A stretch of DNA of 64,000 bases from Octopus sinensis (taxonomy: Eukaryota): positions 7,688,001 to 7,752,000 of the forward strand of contig NC_043004.1 of NCBI RefSeq assembly GCF_006345805.1, given 5' to 3'. Position 1 is the first letter of the stretch. Every line of letters starts with the position of its first letter. Under the pieces are notes generated by a model. It had not been told where the DNA came from. It was given only the letters and a program-made list of their open reading frames with translations, and ran no database searches. A program made the translations under genes and the position numbers. Shown here one piece after another: positions 23,401 to 36,600 of this stretch.

Positions 23401-26400
23401 AGTGACAACAGCAAAGTTCAACGAGTCACAATCTCCGCTGGTTTGCTTGCTCGTCACCGCTCAACTCATGGACACAAGCAATGATTGCTTTACCGAATTG
23501 TTATTGGCGACGAAAAATGGTGCCTGTTCATCAATATGTAAAGTGTGAAACAAGATCTTCATCCGCGTAAAACGATGTTGTGCGTATGGTGGAACTGGGA
23601 AGGGATTATCCATTACAAATTGCTTGAACGAAATCAAACGGTCAATGCGGAACTCTATGTTCAACAGATGGAACGATTCAACATGGCTATTCAAGAGAAA
23701 AGCCCTAATCGGCAGCATGGAGTTCTGCTGCACGACAACGCTCGCCCTCATATTGCAAATATGACCAAGGAAGCCATTCAAACGCATGGCGGGGAAGTGC
23801 TGCAACACTTGCCGTACTCTCCTGATTTGGCACCAACGGATTTCCACCTCTTTCGATCTCTTTCAAGTATGCACGGAGTTTCGTTCAATACTGATGCAGA
23901 ATTGAGAGCTTGGTTGGATCCATTTTTTGAGTTGAAATCAGGTGATTTCTACCAACGAGGTATTGAAAATCTCGTTGAACGTTGGGAAGAAGTTTTAAAC
24001 AACAAGGGTAAATACATAATTGATTAATTAGCTGTTATTTTTTATTAAACCTTTTAAAAAATGGTGGGAACTTAATTGCCAACCCAATACATCATTTAAG
24101 CCCTTACACATTTTTGGGAGACCCCTTATAGAAACAACAAGCCTTTTAACTCTACCTTTTTGTCTTCATAAAGAATGCTTTTGATGCGGTCATCCAAAGA
24201 CCATTCACTGACATCGGATAAATAGTCATCAGGACTCTGATGGGAATCTCCATATGGATGATGTCGGACAGGGGTCTTGTCCTGCGTCATTTTCATTCTG
24301 TGTTGAGTTGGGACTGAAGAATAAAGCAATAATTAATATTAAACCAATCTCATTATGAAAATGTTACTAATTGCAATTCAATATAATAAATATCACACAT
24401 GCAATTTCACTACATAGAACATTGGCAAAATCTTCAACATTGTTTAGCTTGAGCATGGCTGTGTCATTAAGCTCGCTTTGCAACCCTGTGGATCAGGGTT
24501 CAATCCTCCTGCAAGGCGTCTTGGACAAGTACCTTCTACTATATAGCTCTGGGTCAGCCAATACCATGTGAGTGAATTTGGAAACTGGAAGCCTGTCATG
24601 TATATGTGTGTGTGTGTGCCTCACCACCACTTAACAAGCAGTTTGTTTACATCCATGTAACTTAGCAGGGAAGAGACTGATAGAATAAGTACATGACTGA
24701 AACGAGTAAAAGACAAATGATTCACAAAAAATACCCAGATGCAGTTGATTATGGTATGTTGGTTCCCAGATTCCATTCCATCAGAATATTGCAAATTTAG
24801 TTGGCACAACAACCTCCTCGATTGCTTCATGTCTAAATTTTGGATCAATCAATTTCTATTCTTGAAATGAATAATTGTATTTGTCTTTTTTTTTGTGATG
24901 CCAATAACTTAATTGTTTCCAAAGGATCAATCACTGGTTTACTGAATATACAATGGCAACGGTGATATGGGATTACTTATGCAACATGGAGAGAACAAAT
25001 ATCACAAAGGACATGTATTAATTTTCTTTGTTGATGTTTACATTTTTTGCTGAAAGATATACAAATACACTAAGTTTCTGCATAATTTCTGTCTACTAAA
25101 TTCCACTCGCAAGCCATTTCATCCTAACCTTGGGATGTCCAAGAAATATCATTGCAGACATTTGCAACAGTACTGTATGTCATTGTCATTTAGTGTCCGT
25201 TGTCCATGCTGGCATGGGCTGGATGGTTTGACCAGGGTTGGTAAGCCGAGGGGCTGCCGCACCAGACTCCAGTTTGATTTGGCAGGGTTTCTATAGACAG
25301 CCTACCTAATGCCAACCTTACCAAGTGTGTACAGTGGGATCAAACCTGGAACAACAGAGCCATGTCTGTTCAAAATTTGGACGGTGTTTTTGGAGAAGAG
25401 ATTATGAGATATGAATACTTCTGCAATATATCAACACTGCCTGTCACGTCCATTTTATGCTGGATTTTCTTTTGTAGTCATGGTCTAATTTTTTTACGTG
25501 TATCAGGTCCCTGTATAAACTACTCCATTGATTTACAGCACAGATATCCCTAGTGACTCCCCCACCGTATGGAACAAATATATATTCATTCTGTGCCATG
25601 TCACTAGTTCTACACATGTTAATAAGTGTTAGAATGTCCACAATGCCTCCATTTATACATTTTTCCCCTGACCTATTGAGTTGAGTACATCAACATCAAA
25701 AAATCAAATGGAAATTGTAGTTGTGATACCTGTGCTGGTGGCACGTTAAAAGCACCATCCGAATATGGCCAATGCCAGTGGCACGTAAAAAGCAGCAACC
25801 GATCATGGCTGTTGCCAGCCTCCCCTGACCCTGTGCTGGTGGCATGTAAAAAGCACCCTCTACACTCTCGGAGTGGTTGGCGTTAGGAAGGGCATCCAAC
25901 TGTAGAAACACTGCCAGATCAGACTGGAGACTGGTGCAGCCTCCTGGCTTCCCGGACCCAGGTCGAACTGTCCAACCCGTGCCAGCATGGAAAGTAGATG
26001 TTAAACGATGATGAGATTATATACTTTTGTGTGCTGTACATTTCCTAAAATTCAAAAAAATGTAGTTTGAACCAAAGTAATATGAGGCTTCATTAACAAA
26101 AAAAAAAGAAAAGAATGGGAACTGGGAATCTAGTGTGTCGCAGGGGTAGGCAAAATTTTGAAATAGTCCCAGGAGATAATATTGGTTTCCCTGTCTGATA
26201 TTGGTTGTTGAAAACTGACTGACAAAAAGCTGCAGGCAGACAGACAGGCTTGCCGTTCTTTATTGCTTAAAATTGTTTGTTTCATACAAAATAGCAGAGA
26301 TATATGTTGGGAAATTTTGCTTCAGACATAGAGATGCACTGCATGAAATAATGGATGAAACCTACTTTGCTGCTGTGGGTGGTGACCATTGAGTGTGGCT

Positions 26401-28082
26401 TTTTTAAGTGTTACTGTGTTATTTAGAAATCCTGTAAAATAGGAAAGAACAGAAAAAGAAAACCTTGTTAATAACGATTTTGAGAAGGTACAACACAAAT
26501 TTGATTCACAAAATAGTGTGCGTGTGTATATAAATACAAAATGGGACAAGAATGCTAAACATCCAGAAGACGATACAAAAAACACGGATGGGTCATTCGA
26601 AGCCTTTAATCTTCAGTCAAGAACCAGATCATCCTCACAATTTTGGCTGATTAATCTTGAGATTGCTCCAATCTGGCCAGCCCAAAGGAAAAACTAAGCT
26701 AAGAGCATTAGATTCCTTGGAAAAAAAAGCATCGAATGTATATATATATATTCTTTTACTTGTTTGTCATTTGACTGCGGCCATGCTGGAGCACTGCCTT
26801 TAGTTGAACAAAATGACCTCAGGACTTAGAATAAGTACTAGGCTTACAAAAACTATCGGTTTCTTGTTCCAAACTGCTAATTTACATAAAAACACCAACA
26901 TTGGTGTCAAGTGATGGTGGTGGGGATAGACATAAATATATAAACAACTTATAAATAAGGGCGAAAGAAAAAAATTTCTATGACAAGAAATAGACTTTAA
27001 ACCGTCAATAACCACATATAATTCATCACTATAAGCATGCATCTTGAAGCAAGCTGACAGAAATTTCTAAAATCTTCCGTTATTACCGAATCGGTCCAAT
27101 TTCTGAGTTAAGTATTTAATTTATTTCTTAATGTATTTACCGCTGATGACGAGAAAATTCTTTATGAATTAACTCAGAAATTGTACCAATTCCTTATTAA
27201 CGGAATCCTTTAGAAATTTCTGTCAGCTTGCTTCGAGAGGCAAGAGTGATGAATTATATGTGGTTATTGACGATTTAAAGTCTATTCTCAGCATATTTGG
27301 CATAAGAATTTTTTATTTTGCCCTTATTTATAAGTTTCCCCTTTAAAAGTTATTTTTTAAATATACTGGCCACTGATAAAATTTTTTGAAAATTTTATCC
27401 TATATTAGACATATATATGACGAGTTTTCAGTTTTTGTCTACCAAATCAACTCACAAGGCTTTGGTCAGCCTGAGGCTATAGTAGAAGATATTTGCCCAA
27501 AGTGCCATGCAGTGGGTCTGAACCTGGAACCATGTAGTTGGGAAACAACCTTCTTACCACACAGCCACTCCTGTGCCTATATATATAAAGTTCATTGAGG
27601 TATTAAGCAATTCCAAAGACATTCGATTAGCGGACAAAACTAGAACATGGAGATCATTTGTTGTGCCATGCAAGTATTTATAATGATAGATATTACAAAA
27701 TGGAGGAGGCAAATCATTTTACTAATTCAATTTGCCATCTAACCATGCGTATGGTGATGATGAATTTACAATTGTTTCGTTGTACTTCAATATAATCTAT
27801 CTTACATCATTATGCAATAATTCCTGATAATATTGATTTATTACCATGTGCTATTTAGCCATACCTGTCCTTAAATGATCATTTATTAATCATATGTTAA
27901 TATATCAACATTTAACCAATGGGAAGAAATAATTAAATAATAATTCATCAAGAAAAAAATAGATGTCATCCACAAAGAGAATATTGTGTGAATTCAAAAT
28001 CTCCACTCCTTTATATATTTTTGTGATGCTACATGAATCAACTGTACTACATTCAATATACAACATATTATCATCAGGGTTG

Positions 28083-28114
<32 letters not shown>

Positions 28115-30652
28115 CATTATATGTATATATATATATATATATACATATATATACATATACATATGTGTGTGTGTGCATGACATAAGAGTGAAAAATATCC
28201 TACCTTTCGAGGTGTAGGTACCTCTATTTGAGAGTTGTCGAAGTCTTTCGGTATAAGAAAGTGGTTTGTGCCTTGGAATTCTTTGATGGAAAGTATAAGT
28301 TTGTTCATATCCTGTTGAATTATCAAGATAGATACATATATATGAAATGGTATAATAAATGTGCGTATGTATGTATATATATATATATGCATACATACTT
28401 ACATATATATGTGCATATATGGGTACAAGACGTCACAAAACGTAAACATGAAATACGAAGACAAGCTTGGGTTTGCAAACAACAAGAGAAACAAATGGAA
28501 AACAAGACAATTAACAGTGGTCTTGCTAAAGGGGTGGGGGTTGAGAGTCTAGAGAGGACAGCCCTACTTGTTTTCATCATTTAATGTCTGTTTTCCATGC
28601 TGGCATGGATTGGACAATTTCACAGGATTTGGTAAGCTACAAGGCAGCATCGTCCTCATCTTAAATGCCAACCATTTTACAGTGGGTACTGGGTGCTTCG
28701 TCTATTAATAATATAATTCACAAGAAACCTAGAAAAAGGTCAGCATTCAATGGTTAAGAGATGAAGCACAGAAGAAAAGCCAAGTAGATGTGTTGGATAC
28801 ATGTGCATGTATATCATCATCATTTAACGTCCGTTTTCCATGTTGGCATGGGGTGGATGGTTTGACTGAGGTCTGGAGAACCAGGAGGCTGCACCAGGCT
28901 CCAATCTTAACTAGCAAAGTTTCTACAGCTGGATGCCTTCCCTAACGCCAACCACTCCGAGAGTGTAGTGGGTGCTTTTTACGTGCCATCAGCACAGGAG
29001 CCAGTCAGGCAGACCTGGCATTGATCACATTTGGATAGTGGGTTTTACATGCCACTGGCACAGGAGCCAGTTGGGGAGGCACTGGCATTGACCATGTTTA
29101 GATGGTGCTTTTTACGTGCCACCAGCACAGTAGCCAGTCAGGTGGACCTGGGATTGATCACAGAGTCCCAAATTCAAGGCAGATCAGTTTGTATATAATA
29201 CTAATATTCTCTGTGAATAACATTTTAAAAGAGATTTATGGCTAAACTTGAATGAAGTAAGGCAGAACTAAAGTCTGCTCTTTTCCTAAGTAATCCAAGA
29301 TGTTTGTCTCCCTAATCATGAGGGTACATTGGAAAAAATTAGTTTGTAAAACAAAAAATATGTAAATTAGAAACTGCCATGTTATGTTGGCAAACACTCT
29401 TTACTCCAAAGTACTGTTGTTGAACATCTCTTGTGAGATTTAAAAATAGTAATTTTCTAATTTATAGATCAGTGACTAGTTGTCATTTTGAAAACTATAT
29501 ATTTTAAACTGGAATTTGGTAGCGCCACCTCTAGCTGAACAATTATTCTGTGCTGATGAAGAGAAATAACCCAGAAATCGTGATACACAGATATTGTTTT
29601 GAGCTGAGTGAGGGTGCCAGATTCCTTTGTTCGAAAATATAAAGACACAGATCATGTCGTATAGCCAGCTGGAGACGATGTCTCCTGGGGCTAAATTACA
29701 GCAACATTTGTCCTAAACGAGGACTGCCATGTTATGTTGACAAATAATCTTTACTCCAAAAAAATATGTAATTTTGTTTTTGTTGTGGGTAGGGTGAAAA
29801 AGTGCATTATTTCTTATTTATTTTGGAGTAATTAAAATGTTTATCAGGTGTCAAACTGTCCAGCATGGTCAGGTTACAAGAGCAGAATTGGCTGAGAGTT
29901 TGATTATAACTTTTTTTCAATTCATTTTTAACTCAGAAAGTAGTTTTGTTTCCTCAGGGAAGGATTATGTTATACCTTTGTTGCCAGTGTCACCAGACTA
30001 ACTCCTGTGCAGGTGGCATGTAAAAAACACTGTTTTCAAGCGTGTCCGTTACCAGTACCGCCAGACTGGCCCTCATGCCAGTGGCACATAAAAAGCACCC
30101 ACTACACTCTCGGAGTGGTTGGCGTTAGGAAGGGCATCCAGCTATAGAAACTCTGCCAGATCAAGACTGGAGCCTGGTGCAGCCATCTGGTTCACCAGAC
30201 CTCAGTCAAACCGTCCAACCCATGCCAGCATGGAAAGCGGACGTTAAACGATGATGATTTATGACTTTTCTCTAAGAATAATATTGACTCAAAGAATTAT
30301 TGAGAAAGTCGGGGAACCTTACTTTGATTGTGAAGAGGATTGGAGTTGTTTCCTTTCTGCAAATGTTCTTTTTGGTTTTTTGAAGAGTTGCTATGATCCG
30401 TTGGTATTTTCTTTACTCCTGCAAAAAGATGAATGAAATATTTTAGCTCTTTACTCTTTTACTTGTTTCAGTCATTTGACTGCAGCCATGCTGGAGCACC
30501 GCCTTTAGTCAAGCAAATCAATCCCAGGACTTATTCTTTGTAAGCCTAGTACTTATTCTATCGGTCTCTTTTGCCAAACTGCTAATTTCTGGGGACCTAA
30601 ACACACCAGCATCGGTTGTCAAATGATGTTGGTAGGTGGAGGACAAACATAT

Positions 30653-30692
<40 letters not shown>

Positions 30693-33600
30693 GACGGGCT
30701 TCTTTCAGTTTCTGGCTACCAAATCCACTCACAAGGCTTTGGTCGGCCCGAGGCTATAGTAGAAGACACTTGCCCAAGGTGCCACGCAAGCTACCTACCA
30801 CACAGCCACTCCTGCGCCTATAGCTATTTATATATCGATAGGTTTTTCTAAAGGCACAGAAAACATCTTCAAATATTTTTTTAAATTCCAGAAATCATTC
30901 TTAAACTTACAAAATATGGAAACCGTCTTTACAAAAATCCGTTTGATGACAATTTTTGTCTTATGTTTAATTCACTTCAGAGTACTGCTTTTGTCCTGGG
31001 TATCACTGAACTGCCCCCAGTAAGGAGGAGGAGGGGGTAGTTCCAGGGTTTTGAGGAGTATGGAACCATCTCTCAGCCTCTACTGTTCCCAGATCTATTC
31101 TGCCCTGGAAAAGTAACACTTGTCAGGGTCCCAGCTATGGCAAGTCACAGGAGACGGTCACTCTCACACCCCAGATGAGGCCCTTCAGCTCTTGAGCTGC
31201 TTATCTAAAAAGAGGGTAACTCCATAAAAGTCCTGCGTCCTGATAACTGCAGAGCTTGGGACACTTACTGCACCAGACCAATACAAGTTTGAAGAAGAAG
31301 AGACTGGGATTGGCGCTGCACAAACTATGCCCACAATGGTTGTAAAACCTTGCTCCTTGTGAAGTAACTTGTTGAGCATTTAAGAAAAGGCTAAGGGAGT
31401 ACAGAAAACCGAGAGGGAAGGGATCTGAAGCAGATATGTATCAGCGTTTAAATCTGCCTTCCATGCTGGCATGGTTGGAAAGGTTTGACAGGAGCTGGCC
31501 AGGCAGAAGCCTGCACCAGACTTCTGTGACTGTTTCAGCAGGGTTTTTACAGCTGGATGCCCTTCCTAACACCAACCACTCAGCAAAGTATTCTTTTATT
31601 TGTTTCAGTCATTTGACTGTGGCCATGCTGGAGCACCACCTTTATTTGAACAAATAGACCCCAGGACTTATTCTTTGTAAACCCAGTACTTATTCTATCG
31701 GTTTCTTTTTGCTGAACTACTAAGTTACGAGGACGTAAATACACCGACATTGGTTGTCAAGCGATGGTGGGTGGGGACAAACACAGACACACAAATACAT
31801 ACATACATACATATATATCATCATCATCATTTAACGTCAGTTTTCCATGCTAGCATGGGTTGGATGGTTTGATTGGGGTCTGGTAAGCCATGGAGGCTGC
31901 ACCAGGCTCCAGTCTGAATTTGGCAGTGTTTCTACAGCTGGATGCCCTTCCTAACGCCAGCCACTCTGTGAGTGTTTTTTACATGCCACCGGCACAGGAG
32001 CCAGTTCAGGCTGGCAAACGGCCACGATCAGTTGGTGCTTTTACGTGTCACCGACACGGACGCCAGTCAGGCGACGCTAGTAACTGCTACGCTTAAACGG
32101 TGCTTTTACGTGTCACCAGCACAGGTGTCTTAACTACAATTACCATTCGAATTTTTGATGTTGATGAACTTGACTCAACAGGTCTCCTCAAGAACAGCGG
32201 GTCACTCTACGATCCAAGGTTAGCACAGCAGGCTCTCCTGCGAGCATGAACTCACTTCATTTGTCGGGTTCCGACAAATGAAGTGAATTGACAGGCTTCT
32301 TTCAGTTTCCTTCTACCAAATCCACTCACAAGGCTTTGGTTGGCCCAAAGCTGTAGTAGACACTTGACCTCTGTGCCATGCAGTCAGACTGAACCCGGAA
32401 CTATGTGGTTGGTAAGCAAGCCTCTTACGACACAGCCACACCTGTGCCAATATCTTGCATGGTCTGCAACTCCACAGATGCTATTAACATATTGATTAGT
32501 GTTTTTTTTTTTGTGGAGAGGAGATACAAAGCATACTTGGGGTTCAGACACTTGCTTCTGGAAACAGTCTGGGCACAGCAGATGTGGTCAAATTGTAATA
32601 CCATTAATTAGGATGGAAACGGGCCAACAGCTGCATCAGTGATTTTGATTTAGATGAAAGCTGGATGAAGACAGGACAAGCAGGGACACCTTAATTACTG
32701 TGTTTTCTTCTTTAGTTTTAACAACAAAATATAAAAAGAAGGAATGCTCAAATCAGGATTGCTAATTCCATCCTTCCTGTTTGTGTCTCCAAGCTGAAGC
32801 TGACAGTTGCCAATAAAGCTGAAGGTTTTAAAAGACAATTCTCAATAGAACTGATTACCAAATTAAAATAACCTGGAAATTCAGCTGGCATCTGTTTCCC
32901 TCCCTATACTAAATAATGAATGTAATTAAAAAATTTCTTTATTAATAACTAGCACTATGACCCAGCAACTCTGGGTCATAGTGCTAGTGCATGCATATAC
33001 AGCTGCGTGTGCGCGCACATACACGCGAGTACTGTCCAAATCTCCGACCAATCACATACAGCTAGCTGGTATTCAATTGGCGTATCAAGTTTCGGGCATT
33101 TTGATTGGGTTTTGGATAGAAAATTCACAAAAAAGTCACTTCTGTTGTAAAGATGTGCATGACCACCCTTGGACGGTTTTGAATGACCATAGAAAGTGCG
33201 AGCCCTCTAACTGAAAAATTGCACACACACACATTTTGCTGTTTATATATAGAGAGATTTCAATGCTTGAAACATTATGGCAAATGCTTCCAGTTATCAA
33301 TATAATATATGCAAAACACAATCTCATGGTTCCTATGTCTTGGGAGACCTGTTTCTCTCTTTATGCTCACAGACAAATATGGTTTATAGCATAAGTTCTT
33401 ATGCAAAATGCCAAATGGAATACTTAAGGAAGAGTCCAAGAATAACTTAAAAATAAAGAGGAAAATGACCAAATTACTGACCATAAAGTTTTGGTTTGTC
33501 GTGAACTTTTGCTGATTGAAGGTTTCCTTGTTTGATGTCTGCAAGGCGTTGAATGTAAGGCTTGGAGTCAGCAACGATAACTTTTCTTGTGATCTCAGGT

Positions 33601-36600
33601 CGCTGGCATCGTACAATATCTTGATATGGTTTGTCTGATGAGAGAACACGACTAATATCTTTGGTTTTCGATGAATTAGGTTTATCAGAAACCGTTGCAA
33701 CGTAATTAGAAGAACTTTCAGTTGGAGAATTTGGTTGCGGTACCTTGTTACGTGGATGTTCTAGACTGAAAAAACTTTGGTTTGCAGACTGCAAGTGTGG
33801 TCTCTTGCTTTCTTGTACTCTTGATGTGTTATAAGCTTCTGGTGTATGAATAGTTCTGGTTGTCATTAAATTCTTTGAGTGCAATGATGATTTGGAGGAA
33901 TTTGGTGAGACAATAGTTCTTTTAGAGTGACTGTATGAAGGCCATTTTGGAAGAGAATACTGCTGCTTGATCTTCGCTTGGTCAGACTGAAAACTCTGGA
34001 TCAATTTTTCAACATCATGAAGTCGTTTTTCTTGAGTTTTTGTAAATCTCTCAGACCGTTGCTGTTCGCGGGATTTTATGGCTTTTTCGATAGCTTTAAA
34101 GCTCATTGACTCCTGCATACACAAAAAAAGTTTTCTACTTAAGATTTAACAGACAAAAGTAAAATATATAATTTCTATTTTCCAAATAAAATAACTTTAG
34201 AACGAATGTTTAAAAATATATTAAAAAATCACATTCCAAAGCTAATCAATGAAAAAAAGCAGCCTTTTTTCTTTGTTTTTTAAATACTTTTTTACTTGTT
34301 TCAGTCATTTGACTGTGGCCATGCGGCAGCACCGCCTTTTAGTCGAGCAAATCGACCCCAGGACTTATTCTTTGTAAGCCTAGTACTTATTCTATCGGTT
34401 TCTTTTGCCAAACCGCTAAGTTATGGGGACGTAAACACACCAGCATTGGTTGTTAAGCGATATTTGGGGGACAAACACAGACACACAAACATATATATAT
34501 ATATACATATACACAATGGTTTGAATGAGCAAAATACAGCTGAGGATTAATGAATACCGATATTTCAAGATTTCTAGCAGAACTCATTTTTTTTTTAGAG
34601 CTCAACTTTGTATCCATTCAACCATAAAATACAGTTTGTTTTTTTTACCTGTTTGCCATTATTAAATGGTTTCCTCTCCTGATGCTGCAGTTCTGTCTGT
34701 TTGTCTCTGAATTCTTTCTGCTGTTTACTTTTGTGGTCCGTCATCCACACTTGCTTGGGAATACTGCTCATCTCTTCTCTTTCGCTGGCCATTTGGGCAA
34801 ACTTCTCAAAACTCATTTGCATCATGTCTCTTAAACTTGAAGATAAAGAAAAACATATTTCACACACATATATCATCATCATTATAACCCATTATTTTTA
34901 TAACAGAGCAGTAGAGCAATTTATCTTGTTGTTTGACATACCAGAAATAGCAGTGAAATCACCCTCAAATTACACACCACCACCTTTAAAAGGAAGCACC
35001 ACACGAATAATGTAACCCAAGGTTATGGCTGCAAAATCGTTGATCCGAGATTTACTTAGTGCTCATCTTGAGTAGAACATCAACCATTATTATTATTATC
35101 ATTATTATTATTATTATTATTATGATAATCAAAGTGGTGAGCTGGCAGAAACGTTAGTATGCTGGGCGAAATGCTTAGCGGTATTTTTATCTGCCACTAC
35201 GTTCTGAGTTCAAATTCCGCCGAATTCAACTTTGCCTTTCATCCTTTTGGGGTCGATGTAATTGACTTAATCCGTTTCTCTGTCCTTATTTGTCCTCTCT
35301 GTGTTTAGCCCCTTGTGGGTAGTAAAGAAATAGGTATTTTGTCAGCCGCTACGTTCTGAAGTCAACTTTGCCTTTTGGGTTCGATTAAATAAGTACCAGT
35401 TATGCATTGGGGTTGATGTAATCAGCTATCCCTCTTCCCCCAAAATTTTCAAGGCCTTGTGCCTAGTGCAGAAATTATTATTATTATAATTATTATTATT
35501 ATTAGGTAGCAAAAGCTGGCAGAGTTGTTAGCATGACGGGTGATATGATTAGTTGCATTTTGTCTGTCTTCAAGTTCTGAGTTCAAATTGCACCAAAGTC
35601 GACTTTGCCTTTCACCCATTCTGGGTTGATAAATCAAGTACCAGTGATACACTGGAGTAGATGTAATCAACTAGTCCCCTGCCCACCCACCCCAAATTTC
35701 AGGCCTTGTGCCTTTAGTAGAAAGGATTATCCTTATTGGTGTTAATTAATGAAGGCAAGACAGTTTGAAGAAGAGAGGATATGAAAATGACAGCCTCTTG
35801 CAATCCTAATTGATGCCAGTTGAGAAGAGAACCTTGATGATTCCCGGATGTTTGCAGGTCTCCTTAAAGCACAACAAATGTCCAAAGGATTTGCAGTCAA
35901 TACACCTTAAAAGCTTCATTCCACAATTTGTGTCTGTCTCTTTCCTCTGCTTCTCATTTTTTATAAGGAATCGGAACACAGCACTGCAAAACAGTGGAAC
36001 ATTGCTCAACTTTAGAGGTGTGCCTATGCGTTAAGAAGTTTGCTTCTTAATCACATAGTTCTGGGTTCAGTCCCACTGCGTGGCACCTTGGGCAAGTGTC
36101 TTCTACTATAGCCATGGGTTGACCAAAACCTTGTGAGTGGATTTGGTAGATGAAAATTGAAAGAAGCCCATTGTGTGTGTGCCGCACATTTGTTTGTTCC
36201 CCAAATCCGCTTGTTAACTGGTGTTGGTGTGTTTACATCCCTGTAACTTATCAGTTCAAAATATGTCAAGTCCATCAGCATCAAAATAAAAATCGTATGG
36301 GTATTGCATTTGTGATACCCGTACCGGTGGCACGAAGGGCCTCACAGAGGAAATGATGAAGATCGAGACCCCTGAAATATGCTGTGACTGTGAAGACCCG
36401 ACAAATGAAGTGAGTTCATAGCTTGCAGGACGGCCGCTGTGCTAACCTTGGATCGTAGAGTGACCCACTGTTCATGAGGAGACCTATTGAGTCAAGTACG
36501 TCAACATCAAAATAAAAATCAAATGGAAATTGTAGTTAAGACACCCGTGCCAGTGACATGTAAAAAGCACCGTCCGAACGTGGCAGTTGCCAGCGCCACC

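Noticed and set aside
27143-27156. CTGATGA...GAAA in the foldback spacer
   Set aside because: Only 3 nt separate the two core halves, so no stem II can form and no stem I or III is evident.
27905-28584. Cluster of overlapping ORFs on both strands
   Set aside because: They are held open by (AT)n/(ATAC)n microsatellites; there is no splice or homology support.
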